Part shown: positions 9,762-18,426 of the stretch, one piece after another
How the letters are laid out: every line of letters begins with the position of its first letter
How positions within the stretch are numbered: position 1 is the first letter of the stretch
NCBI GenBank assembly: GCA_947589245.1
Contig: CANQBD010000005.1
Location: 7-64,006, forward strand
Length of the DNA stretch: 64,000 nucleotides
Direction: 5' to 3'
DNA from: an uncultured Anaeroplasmataceae bacterium
Lineage (GTDB): Bacteria > Bacillota_I > Bacilli_A > Acholeplasmatales > Anaeroplasmataceae
Made by a program: the position numbers and the translations under genes
The notes under the pieces: generated by a model
Database searches by the model: none
What the model saw: the letters and a program-made list of their open reading frames with translations, nothing else
Told to the model about the DNA's origin: nothing

Positions 9762-10138
9762 TAATCAACAACTCCTTCCATATCAATTATTATAACCTTT
9801 TTTTCGGCTTCATAACTAGCATTATATCTTTTAAATTCTTTTTTACCAATTTCTAGACCAAAAATTTTACAGATATAGTCAATAAGCGGTCTAGAGCATA
9901 TTCGGGCATAAGTCTTAGAAATAGATACTGAAAGTAATGATGATTCTTTTAACTCACCACTTAGAGCATAGTCCTTATTGACTGTGTAAATATAAATTTT
10001 TTTACTATCACGGTCTATTCCAACTCTAACACGATAGGCATCTTTAAAATATTTAAGCAATGTCTTATTAAGCGTTATATGACTATCATAAATACTAGCA
10101 TAGCCATTTATATCATCTAATTCAAAGAATTCTAACAT
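9761..10138 (-). CDS. Hypothetical protein, first gene of the nfeD-SPFH operon
   Basis: 125-aa ORF. Its stop overlaps the nfeD start by 1 nt (TAATG). I recognise no family. Confidence 0.5.
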   Translation of the reverse strand: MLEFFELDDINGYASIYDSHITLNKTLLKYFKDAYRVRVGIDRDSKKIYIYTVNKDYALSGELKESSLLSVSISKTYARICSRPLIDYICKIFGLEIGKKEFKRYNASYEAEKKVIIIDMEGVVD

Positions 10139-10246
10139 ATTTTATCCTCCATTCATTTAATATTATACGCTAATATTCTAAAAAATTCAATATATATTCA
10201 TAAAAATTCATAAAAAATATAAAAATAAAGAGGGTCAAAGCCCTCG

Positions 10247-10492
10247 TTATTTACTATTAATTTCTAAGTGAATTCTCTTTCCTTCCTTAGATGCTCCCGC
10301 ATAAAGAACTGTCCTAATTGCTTTAGCAACATAACCATTTTTTCCGATTACTCGTCCAAAATCACTAGGATGTACTTTAACATCGTATTCAAGATTATCT
10401 TCATCATTATTTACTAAAATGACTTCTACGTCTTCAGGATAGGCTACTAAAGGAAGAATTAAATTCTTAATTAACTCTTCAAACTTTACCAT
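10247..10492 (-). CDS. KH-domain RNA-binding protein (YlqC/UPF0109)
   Basis: 81 aa with GRVIGKNGYVAKAIRTVL (a GXXG KH motif). It sits directly downstream of rpsP, as in Bacillus. Confidence 0.85.
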   Translation of the reverse strand: MVKFEELIKNLILPLVAYPEDVEVILVNNDEDNLEYDVKVHPSDFGRVIGKNGYVAKAIRTVLYAGASKEGKRIHLEINSK

Positions 10493-10503
10493 AATCCCAC
10501 CTC

Positions 10504-10752
10504 TTACTTTGTAGTTTTGATATTGTTGGCAGTAAAAATACTCTTAACAGTTTCAGTAGGTTGAGCACCATTTGCTAACCACTTGTTTACCTTTTCAGCA
10601 TCAAGAGTAACTGTAGCTGGGTCTGTACAAGGATTATAAGTACCTAAAATTTCTAAAAACTTACCATCACGAGGAGATCTAGAATCAGCAGCCACAATAC
10701 GATATCTTGGAGCTTTATGAGAACCAAAACGTTGTAATCTTAATTTAACCAT
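10504..10752 (-). CDS. rpsP: 30S ribosomal protein S16
   Basis: 82 aa starting [41 protein letters not shown]. Confidence 0.97.
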   Translation of the reverse strand: MVKLRLQRFGSHKAPRYRIVAADSRSPRDGKFLEILGTYNPCTDPATVTLDAEKVNKWLANGAQPTETVKSIFTANNIKTTK

Positions 10753-10837
10753 ATAAATAACACTCCTTCTTATTTTTCTTAATCTATAAGAATTATATCA
10801 CAAAAAAATAGGCTGTCAAGGTTTTTTTCTTGACAAC

Positions 10838-11194
10838 CTAAAAATTATTTTTATTCAAAAGAAATTTATTGGAAACACTAGCTTTAAGCATATCTAAATC
10901 AGCATTAAGCTTTTTTTGAATTTTTCTTTCAAGCTCAAAATATTCTTTAACCAAAGGATTAGCATATAATGTTTGCTTAGCAGCCTTAAACTTAAGCTGG
11001 TATTCATTTAAATTAGGATGATAAATACCATAGCTCTTAGCCTCTAAATATTTGGCTTCACTATTTTTAAAAGCCACAATTTCTTTAGTTAATTCTTTTT
11101 CAATTTTTTCTTTTAAAATTAATAACCTTTGAAAATCATCACTTGCTATGATTTGGTTGGCATAATCCTGCGCTAATTTCGATAATTCAGCCAT
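10838..11194 (-). CDS. YlbF/YmcA family (UPF0342) regulatory protein
   Basis: 118-aa helical protein with SDDFQRLLILKEKIE and NPLVKEYFELERKIQ. It follows the ylbD-like and ylbE-like genes. Confidence 0.65.
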   Translation of the reverse strand: MAELSKLAQDYANQIIASDDFQRLLILKEKIEKELTKEIVAFKNSEAKYLEAKSYGIYHPNLNEYQLKFKAAKQTLYANPLVKEYFELERKIQKKLNADLDMLKASVSNKFLLNKNNF

Positions 11195-11206
11195 CTAATT
11201 TCTCCT

Positions 11207-11419
11207 TTAAAATAGACTAGTCAAAGAATATAATAGCTGAAACTTATTCTTGAAATTTTCTAGCTTATCAACTGGTCTAATTTTTAAATTGGTTTGAGCT
11301 TCTTGCAAAAACTGCTTAAAATAACTAGGCTCATAATACAATATTTTATACCATTTAGGATGATATCGCAAGTACATGAGTAAATCAAGGTGTTCATACA
11401 AATAACTCATATAATCCAT
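11207..11419 (-). CDS. YlbE-like small protein
   Basis: About 70 aa with MDYMSYLYEHLDLLMYLRYHPKWYKILY. Its ATG overlaps the stop of the upstream gene (TAATG). Confidence 0.55.
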   Translation of the reverse strand: MDYMSYLYEHLDLLMYLRYHPKWYKILYYEPSYFKQFLQEAQTNLKIRPVDKLENFKNKFQLLYSLTSLF

Positions 11420-11817
11420 TAATACCACTCATCGAATCTTTTATCAAATAAAGGATCACCGGTACTTTTTTTAGCTAAAGCCGAACCAGAGGCAGCCCCA
11501 CCTAAGCCACCAAAAAGCTCTAATACTTTTTGAATGCTGGTAACAGTTTTAGTTACTTGATCTGGATCAATCTTCTTGACATAACCCACTACTGTCTTTA
11601 TTAAATCTTCCGTTGAACTACTACTTGTTTTAGTTGAAGATTTTTTTTCTTCCTTTTCTTCTTTAACATCGTCCTTACTATCTTCAAAGGCTTCCTCTCC
11701 TAAGATACAATAATCCTCATAAAGTTGTTGCCAAGTTGTTTGCCGGCTAGCAACTTGACCCTTAAGTAAGGGATGTCTTTTAACAAATTGTTTAAATTCA
11801 TCAAGCTTTGCACTCAT
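11419..11817 (-). CDS. YlbD-like protein
   Basis: About 132 aa with LDEFKQFVKRHPLLKGQV and TWQQLYEDYCILGEE followed by an acidic/Ser-rich linker. The gene order ylbD-ylbE-ylbF matches Bacillus. Confidence 0.5.
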   Translation of the reverse strand: MSAKLDEFKQFVKRHPLLKGQVASRQTTWQQLYEDYCILGEEAFEDSKDDVKEEKEEKKSSTKTSSSSTEDLIKTVVGYVKKIDPDQVTKTVTSIQKVLELFGGLGGAASGSALAKKSTGDPLFDKRFDEWY

Positions 11818-11827
11818 AGTCAACACC

Positions 11828-13318
11828 CTAATTTATATTATGCAACAGCCCTTTTGTTTGTCTAAAAAATCTTAGAAAAAGATAATAAATTCCTAAAATT
11901 AAAATTGAATATAAGCCAATGCTATAATATGCCGGATAAGCTCCTAAGTAGAAACCAACTCGAAATATAACAACTAATAATACACTTAAAAAACAAGCAA
12001 ATAATGCTCCAATTAAAGCTTTAATATTTACCCAAAACAAGTTCATTTTTTCTGCAAATAAAACATAATAAGCTACAATTATACAAATACTTATAGCTAA
12101 TATAGTAGCATAAATTGCTCCTTGATAACCAAAATGAGGAATCAATAAATAATTAAGAGCATATTTAGCAATAGCACTTATTATTGTGGCAATAATAATA
12201 TAATGAGCTTTTGGCAAACCTAAAGATATACCTATTAAAACCTTATATAGACCAAAGAAAATAATTAAATCAGCAATATGATATAAAATTTTGGCACCAT
12301 TTTCCTGTTTATAAAAAAGGTTATAAATGTCTGTAGCAAAATATTTCATAACAGCCGTTAAGGGAATTAAAATATAAATAATTAATGTTGAACATTTAAT
12401 AGCTAAGCTCCTAGCTTCTTCAACCTTATCTTCCTTAAACATATAATTCATTTTAGGATTTAAAGCTCCACCCAAAGCTTGAGCAATTACAATTGGGAAA
12501 AAGATTAATCTGATCGTTTCAAACATATAAGCAGTATAATAGCCTTCAATTGGCAAAAGAATTGATAAAGTTATGGAATCAATAAATTGATAGATAGTAA
12601 AAAACATTGTTGCAAAGCCAAAGGGAATACTGGTAGATAAGAGGTTAATAATGGCTTTAAATTTAAGTTTCTTTTTAAAATAAAAGGGAAATATAAAAAC
12701 CAAAAGAATGATTAAACTAATAAAATAGCTTGAAAAATAAATAATAAAAACTAAATGAATTATATTGATATCATGAATATATCGACTTATTAAAACATAT
12801 AAAACAATTTTAATAACATTCTCAGTAATAATTGATATACAAGAAGGGTACATGATTAAATGCCCTTGTAAAAAACCTTTATAAAAATTGATGATAGGAA
12901 TTACAAATAAAGAAAGTGAAGCTAATAATAAATTGGTTCTAACTCCCTCAAAGGTTTCATTATCATAACCATCAAAAAGGGAAACTGAAAGAATCTGCCG
13001 ACTAAAAAACAGCATAAATAGAAAAAAGCCTACTCCTGCTATTAAAGAATAGATTGTCCCTCTTTTTAAAAGGTAATTGATTTTATCATCTTCGGCTTCC
13101 CCTTTCAGCCTTGAAACAAGCTTAGAGGTTCCAGGAATCAAACCAAAACACGATAAATCAGCAAATATAGAAAATGGCACATAGGCATAAACATATAGAG
13201 ACATTGCCTCTTTACCTAAATCATTAGAAAAACGAAATAGGAATATTAATGATAATATTTTAGCACCAACCTGACCCAAACCTAATATTAATGCTTGAAG
13301 CAATGTTTTATCCCTCAT
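11828..13318 (-). CDS. MOP-superfamily flippase (polysaccharide biosynthesis / lipid II flippase-like)
   Basis: 496 aa with about 14 predicted TM helices and an N-terminus LLQALILGLGQVGAKILSLIF typical of Wzx/MurJ/SpoVB-like proteins. Confidence 0.7.
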   Translation of the reverse strand: MRDKTLLQALILGLGQVGAKILSLIFLFRFSNDLGKEAMSLYVYAYVPFSIFADLSCFGLIPGTSKLVSRLKGEAEDDKINYLLKRGTIYSLIAGVGFFLFMLFFSRQILSVSLFDGYDNETFEGVRTNLLLASLSLFVIPIINFYKGFLQGHLIMYPSCISIITENVIKIVLYVLISRYIHDINIIHLVFIIYFSSYFISLIILLVFIFPFYFKKKLKFKAIINLLSTSIPFGFATMFFTIYQFIDSITLSILLPIEGYYTAYMFETIRLIFFPIVIAQALGGALNPKMNYMFKEDKVEEARSLAIKCSTLIIYILIPLTAVMKYFATDIYNLFYKQENGAKILYHIADLIIFFGLYKVLIGISLGLPKAHYIIIATIISAIAKYALNYLLIPHFGYQGAIYATILAISICIIVAYYVLFAEKMNLFWVNIKALIGALFACFLSVLLVVIFRVGFYLGAYPAYYSIGLYSILILGIYYLFLRFFRQTKGLLHNIN

Positions 13319-13388
13319 ACCTAATCACCTAAAATTAGTATTTTCATAATTAGACATTATCATTCATAAAATATATTAGGTGATTATA

Positions 13389-13559
13389 ATGTTTAATAAA
13401 AACAAAAACAACAATAATTATGAATATTATGAAAATATGCAACTTAATCGAATTTATTATGAACTTGAAGAATTAAATAGACGCATAAGAAATTTAAATA
13501 ATCGATTAAGGAGGCTAGAAGGATTTTTAGGTTTAACCGCTGATGAAGATAATAAATAG
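13389..13559 (+). CDS. Small hypothetical protein (56 aa, Asn-rich N-terminus plus a short coiled coil)
   Basis: This ORF is below the ORF-track cutoff. RBS aggtga lies 6 nt before the ATG. Translation: MFNKNKNNNNYEYYENMQLNRIYYELEELNRRIRNLNNRLRRLEGFLGLTADEDNK. Confidence 0.5.
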   Translation: MFNKNKNNNNYEYYENMQLNRIYYELEELNRRIRNLNNRLRRLEGFLGLTADEDNK

Positions 13560-13619
13560 GCATTTTTCTTAACACGATACTTTGCAAATTCATATTTTAT
13601 AGGTAGGAGGTGACTTTAG

Positions 13620-13778
13620 ATGTACTACTCAATGCCTACTTATGGATATGGTTATGGTTATGGTCAACAAGGATGCTGTTGCTCTGGCAATAATAATAGA
13701 GGTCGTGGAGGTTATTCCTACGCTTTAATTTTAGTTTTATTTATTCTTCTTGTAATTATCGGTGCAGCTAGATGGTAG
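13620..13778 (+). CDS. YjcZ-like tiny transmembrane protein (52 aa)
   Basis: This ORF is below the ORF-track cutoff. A strong RBS aggaggtga precedes it. Translation: [53 protein letters not shown] Gly/Tyr/Cys-rich head plus a (F/Y)ALI(L/V)VLFILL(I/V)I(I/V)GA tail resembles the Bacillus YjcZ family. Confidence 0.65.
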   Translation: MYYSMPTYGYGYGYGQQGCCCSGNNNRGRGGYSYALILVLFILLVIIGAARW

Positions 13779-13820
13779 AAATCTAAACATTTCTGTGCTA
13801 TAATCATCTAGGTGATATTT

Positions 13821-14411
13821 ATGTATTTAAGCAAAGATATAGTCAAAGAGGGAAATCAAATCCTTCGTAATACATCAGTCAACGTGACATTGCCACTATC
13901 TAGTGAAGATTTCAACTGCCTTAAAGGCTTATATGAATATGTGGTTGTCTCAGCTGTTGATGAACTAGTAAAAAAATATGGAATCCGACCAGGTGTAGGA
14001 ATCGCTGCACCTCAGGTTGGTGTTAATAAAAGAATGTTTGCAATTAATGCGGTTGATTTTTTAAATGAAGACCAACCTCGTTATTTATTAGCCGTAATCA
14101 ACCCTGTTATAACCTATAAAAGCCCTGAGATGACTTACTTGCCAGGTGGTGAAGGCTGTCTTTCAGTTGACCGTTCAACAAGTGGTTTAGTCACTCCTAG
14201 ACATTATGCAATTAAAGCCAAATGTTCATTATATGATTTTAATTCAAATAAAATTAAAACCGTAACATTACGGCTAGAGGGATACCCAGCTATTGTCTTT
14301 CAACACGAATTTGATCATTTGGATGGCATCTTATATACAGATAAAGCATTTGATCCCAAAGATTTAGACAAAGCAATCCTCCCACTATTTGAGGAAACCG
14401 AAGAAGAATAA
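13821..14411 (+). CDS. def: Peptide deformylase
   Basis: Contains GIAAPQVG, EGCLSV and QHEFDHLDG, the three PDF motifs. The ATG at 13821 follows RBS aggtga; the track start at 13812 is GTG. Confidence 0.93.
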   Translation: MYLSKDIVKEGNQILRNTSVNVTLPLSSEDFNCLKGLYEYVVVSAVDELVKKYGIRPGVGIAAPQVGVNKRMFAINAVDFLNEDQPRYLLAVINPVITYKSPEMTYLPGGEGCLSVDRSTSGLVTPRHYAIKAKCSLYDFNSNKIKTVTLRLEGYPAIVFQHEFDHLDGILYTDKAFDPKDLDKAILPLFEETEEE

Positions 14412-14433
14412 AAACCGCCGAAGCGGTTTTTTT
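14411..14433. terminator. Bidirectional terminator (def / trmH-like)
   Basis: aaaaccgc-cgaa-gcggtttttt between convergent genes. Confidence 0.8.
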
Positions 14434-15127
14434 ATTTTAATTGATACATTATAATACTTCCAGCAATCGCCACATTTAACGATTCGGTATTTTCCATTGG
14501 AATATAAATATTCGGTAAATCTAATGCTTTCACACTAGCACTAATGCCATTACCCTCATTACCTAAAATAATGGCTATCTTCTTCTCTTTAGCTACCTCA
14601 GCTAAAGGAATACCATTAGCTACATCTGTTCCATAAATTTTATACTCTGATAAATTGTTTATAAATTCACAAATGTTACCAAAAAGAAAATCTAATTTAA
14701 AAATAGCTCCTTGAGAAGAACGAATTACCTTAGCATTATAAATATCTACTGTTCCTTCACCAATAAAAAGAGTTTTAAAACCAAAGGCGCAAGCACTACG
14801 CATAATTGTTCCTAAATTACCGGGATCTTGAATGCCGTCTAATATTAAAATTTTTTCATGAATTTCATTTTTAGCAAAATATTTACATAGACCTATTTCA
14901 GGAATAACAGTTTCAGTGTGACAAATTTTTTTTAATATTTTAGCATCAAGCTGGGTATATCCAGCTTTTTCTTCTAGGGAAAAAGCCTCAATTAATGCAT
15001 TAGCTTGGCGAGCCTCTTTAACCAGATGTTCACCTTCTACTAAAAATAATTGTTCTAATTTTCGATATTTTGCCATATTTAGTTTCAATAAAAGCTTAAC
15101 CTTTGGATTATCTAATGAACTTATCAT
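14432..15127 (-). CDS. TrmH/SpoU family RNA 2'-O-methyltransferase
   Basis: 231 aa with DGIQDPGNLGTIMRSA, ILGNEGNGIS and IPMENTESLNVAIAGSIIMY. Confidence 0.85.
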   Translation of the reverse strand: MISSLDNPKVKLLLKLNMAKYRKLEQLFLVEGEHLVKEARQANALIEAFSLEEKAGYTQLDAKILKKICHTETVIPEIGLCKYFAKNEIHEKILILDGIQDPGNLGTIMRSACAFGFKTLFIGEGTVDIYNAKVIRSSQGAIFKLDFLFGNICEFINNLSEYKIYGTDVANGIPLAEVAKEKKIAIILGNEGNGISASVKALDLPNIYIPMENTESLNVAIAGSIIMYQLK

Positions 15128-15128
15128 C

Positions 15129-16013
15129 TTATATAATACTCTTTCTTACAAATTTACCAATTGTACCTTTAGCTGGAGCAATTATAACAAAAACGTTGGG
15201 ATCAACATCTACACAAATTTTTTTAGCAACCGCTAATTCATAGCTAGTTAAAATTATAAAAGCATCACATTTTGGTTTATGAGTATAGCCTCCCTCAACA
15301 CTTATTAAGGTGACACCTCTTCTTAGCTCTTTCATCAAACGCTCAGCAATTAAATCTATATGTTCAGAAATAATGTCTAATCTTACAAAGTTATATGCTG
15401 TATGAATTTTATCAACTACAATTGAAGAAATAATGATTCTAATTAATGTGTACATGGAAATTTCCCAAGCCCCAGCAATGACACCACCACCCAAAATAGC
15501 AATTAAACAATTTAGAATCATTGTAAATATCCCAATTGAAATACCCTTTTCAATCGATATAGCTTGAGCTAAAATATCAATACCACCAGTTGATGTTCCA
15601 AATCGCAAGGCCAACCCATTAGCTAAGCCGGTAACTAAACCACCAATCAAAGCGAATAAAAGCTGATTATCTAAAGCATTGATACCAAAGGTATATGTTG
15701 GTATCCACCCCATCATAAAAATTGATTGAACAATAACAGATAACAATGAATAAGCAGCAAAACGAATTGAAACCTTACGCCAGCCATAAATAAATAACGG
15801 AATGTTTAAAACAAAAGTTAAAACACCTAATGGTATTTTAAAACCTGATGCCATGCTTATTAATTCAATAATAATTTGACCTAAACCTGTAACCCCCGCA
15901 GCATATAACCCAGCCGGTGTTAAAAACCACATAACTCCTAGAGAATAGACAATTGCTGTAACTAAAACAATTCCTACATGAATACTATCCTCTATTAACA
16001 TCTTTTTATTCAT
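15129..16013 (-). CDS. YitT family membrane protein (DUF2179 C-terminal domain)
   Basis: 294 aa with a five- to six-TM N-terminal part and a soluble C-terminus (RGVTLISVEGGYTHKPKCDAFIILT). Confidence 0.8.
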   Translation of the reverse strand: MNKKMLIEDSIHVGIVLVTAIVYSLGVMWFLTPAGLYAAGVTGLGQIIIELISMASGFKIPLGVLTFVLNIPLFIYGWRKVSIRFAAYSLLSVIVQSIFMMGWIPTYTFGINALDNQLLFALIGGLVTGLANGLALRFGTSTGGIDILAQAISIEKGISIGIFTMILNCLIAILGGGVIAGAWEISMYTLIRIIISSIVVDKIHTAYNFVRLDIISEHIDLIAERLMKELRRGVTLISVEGGYTHKPKCDAFIILTSYELAVAKKICVDVDPNVFVIIAPAKGTIGKFVRKSII

Positions 16014-16060
16014 AAATATACTCCTTAAAACCTAATATAATTATACTCTATAAAATACAT

Positions 16061-16088
16061 AAAAAAAAGGTGGAATTCTATCCACCTT
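16061..16088 (-). terminator. Terminator of the SASP gene
   Basis: Minus strand reads aaggtgga-tagaat-tccacctt followed by a T-run. Confidence 0.75.
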
Positions 16089-16105
16089 ATCGAAAATTAG
16101 CAAAA

Positions 16106-16354
16106 TTACTTGCTACTTTTACCCTTTTCATATAGCTTCTTTGTCATGCTTCCACCAACTTTACCATTCTCAGCTGCAGTAGCATTTTTACCAGGTTTAA
16201 TACCTAACTCAGAAGCAACTTCTTGTTTTAAAGCCTCAGTGTTAGTAGATTGCTTTGCACGTTCAACTGCGCTTTTAGTCATTTTACCACCAACTCTACC
16301 ATTTTCCTTTGAAGACTTTGAGGCACTATTTGAAGTATTTTTCTTACTTGCCAT
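16106..16354 (-). CDS. Alpha/beta-type small acid-soluble spore protein (SASP)
   Basis: 82 aa from the ATG after RBS gaggaggtga. LKQEVASELGIKPGKNATAAENGKVGGSMTKKL matches the SASP signature, including a GPR-site-like EVASE. There is an extra N-terminal ENGRVGGKMTK copy. Confidence 0.8.
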   Translation of the reverse strand: MASKKNTSNSASKSSKENGRVGGKMTKSAVERAKQSTNTEALKQEVASELGIKPGKNATAAENGKVGGSMTKKLYEKGKSSK

Positions 16355-16412
16355 AATTTCACCTCCTCGCACTTATATTGTTGCCGAGATAGACAAAATT
16401 ATACAAATTAGC

Positions 16413-17657
16413 TTATTTTTCTTTTTTAAGTTCGGCCATTACCTCTCTCACTTCTAAACCAAGTAAAGAAAGATCTAAATCACTATCAAAAGAAATTGTA
16501 ATGCTATTAGTTTTCGCAACTGCTTCTTCGACCAATGTCTCATAATCAAATAGAGATTCATAATAAATAGCCTTTGAAATTTTGGGAGCCGTAGCCGGAG
16601 CCTTTGGTAAATAAACTGTACAACAATCCTCAAAAGGCTTGATCGATAAATCATAACAATCAATTTGTTTAGAAATTTTAATTATATCTTGCTTATCATA
16701 GGTACATAAAGGTCTTAAAATTGGCATGTTTGTCACAGAATTAATTGTGTTCATACTTTGCAAAGTTTGGCTGGCAACTTGACCAACTGATTCGCCATTT
16801 ATCAAGCATAAGCAATTCTTTTTTAAGGCTAGTTTAGAAGCTATACGATACATCATTCGGCGCATGATAGTTATATTATAGCTTTCATCAACATTATCCA
16901 ACAGAGCCATGTGAAGTTCTTTAAAAGGAACCATATGTAAATTGATTTTATTTTTAGGAGCATATCGAGCCATCTTCTTCACTAAATCAACCACCTTTTG
17001 AGCTGATTCAATAGAGGTTAAGGGGGTTGATTCAAAATGTACGCATTCAATCTCAACTCCTTGCTTCATCGCTAGAAAGCCAGCTACAGGTGAATCAATA
17101 CCACCTGAAAGCATCAATAAACCTTTACCAGCCACACCAACAGGATAACCACCCATAGCTTTAATTTCTTCATTATAAAGATAACAATTATTTTGTTTTA
17201 ACTCTAAATTTAAGGTAACTTCTGGATTATGAACATCAACCTTTAAAAATTGATTATTAGCTAAGACATAGCCTGCCACCTGTTTAGTAATTTCTAAGGA
17301 AGTAAAAGGATACGTTTTGTCTGCTCGTTTTGTTTCAACCTTAAAAGACTTAGGACTAGTCACTAAATTATTCATAAGATTAACTGCGGTTTGCTTAATC
17401 ACCTTTAAATCATTACTACATTTAACAACCAATGAATAAGATGATATTCCGGAAACATATTGGAGCCTTTCAATAACTTCTTCAGCTTTACAATCATTTA
17501 AAGTAATATAAATTCGATCATGACGATACTCAATCTCAAGAGGTAATCCTTCAAGCTTTAGTGCCACTAAATCATATAATTTTTTTAAAAAAATATTTTG
17601 ATTTTTACCCTTTAAGGTTAAATCCCCAAAACGTACTAATATTTGGTTATATAACAT
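16413..17657 (-). CDS. thiI: tRNA 4-thiouridine(8) synthase ThiI
   Basis: Contains ILVRFGDLTLKGKNQ, a THUMP region and the PP-loop LMLSGGIDSPVA. Confidence 0.92.
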   Translation of the reverse strand: MLYNQILVRFGDLTLKGKNQNIFLKKLYDLVALKLEGLPLEIEYRHDRIYITLNDCKAEEVIERLQYVSGISSYSLVVKCSNDLKVIKQTAVNLMNNLVTSPKSFKVETKRADKTYPFTSLEITKQVAGYVLANNQFLKVDVHNPEVTLNLELKQNNCYLYNEEIKAMGGYPVGVAGKGLLMLSGGIDSPVAGFLAMKQGVEIECVHFESTPLTSIESAQKVVDLVKKMARYAPKNKINLHMVPFKELHMALLDNVDESYNITIMRRMMYRIASKLALKKNCLCLINGESVGQVASQTLQSMNTINSVTNMPILRPLCTYDKQDIIKISKQIDCYDLSIKPFEDCCTVYLPKAPATAPKISKAIYYESLFDYETLVEEAVAKTNSITISFDSDLDLSLLGLEVREVMAELKKEK

Positions 17658-17775
17658 AAAAACCACCTATCCCTTTAAACACTTATGAATTATACCAAAT
17701 AAACATAATTTTGCAATGGAAAAAGTAATATTTTTAAGATATAATAGGCATGTATTTAAATTTTAGGAGGCACTT

Positions 17776-18240
17776 ATGACCAATTATAAAACACTAATTT
17801 CAGCTCTTAAATCCCTAATTGAAGATAACAGCTATGATATAACTATTCTAGCTAATAGCTCAAGTCTTTTATATAATGAATTAGAAAATATCAATTGGGT
17901 TGGCTTTTATATCAATAAAAATAATACCCTTCTGCTTGGCCCTTTTCAAGGCAAAGTAGCTTGTACAACAATTCCTTTTACCAAAGGGGTTTGTGGTAAA
18001 TGTGCTACAACTAAAGAAACAATTGTAGTTGATGATGTGATAGCCTTTAAAGGTCATATTGCTTGTGATAGTAATTCTCGTAGTGAAATATGTGTTCCTT
18101 TAATTGTCAATGATAAACTTTATGGTTTGCTTGATATTGATGCCCCAATTAAAAAGCGTTTTTCTTTAGAAGATAAAGTAAATTTAGAACAAATTGGTCA
18201 AATTATTAGCCAAGAGCTCAAAAAAATTCTTGACTTATAA
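17776..18240 (+). CDS. msrC: GAF-domain free methionine-(R)-sulfoxide reductase-like protein
   Basis: 154 aa with WVGFY, GPFQGKVACTTIPFTKGVCG and HIACDSNSRSEICVPL. Confidence 0.75.
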   Translation: MTNYKTLISALKSLIEDNSYDITILANSSSLLYNELENINWVGFYINKNNTLLLGPFQGKVACTTIPFTKGVCGKCATTKETIVVDDVIAFKGHIACDSNSRSEICVPLIVNDKLYGLLDIDAPIKKRFSLEDKVNLEQIGQIISQELKKILDL

Positions 18241-18259
18241 TATATTATTATGATACAAT
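18230..18259 (+). promoter_or_regulatory. Promoter of rpsD (extended -10)
   Basis: TTGACT (18230-18235), an 18-bp spacer, then TGaTACAAT (18251-18259). Confidence 0.6.
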
Positions 18260-18265
18260 GTCAAA

Positions 18266-18420
18266 GCGTGGGTAAAAAGCAGCAATCATTTATCCATAGT
18301 CAATATCTTAAAGCCTATAAGGCATTACTAGTAATCTTCGGCTGCTTAATGGTGAACGTTTAATTTAAGATATCCTATGTATAGTGATCAACTATTTTAC
18401 TCCAAAGAAAATTTAGGAGG
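18266..18420 (+). promoter_or_regulatory. Structured rpsD 5' leader (candidate S4 autoregulatory element)
   Basis: An untranslated leader of about 160 nt. The long-range pairing aaagcagc (about 18276) with gctgctt (about 18341) encloses further hairpins, and it ends at RBS aggagg. Confidence 0.4.
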
Positions 18421-18426
18421 AAAAAA

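Noticed and set aside
16110-16663. ORFs at 16110-16457 (+) and 16475-16663 (-).
   Set aside because: The first is antisense to the SASP gene and runs into the 3' end of thiI. The second is an off-frame ORF inside thiI. Both have low-complexity hydrophobic translations typical of AT-rich shadow frames.
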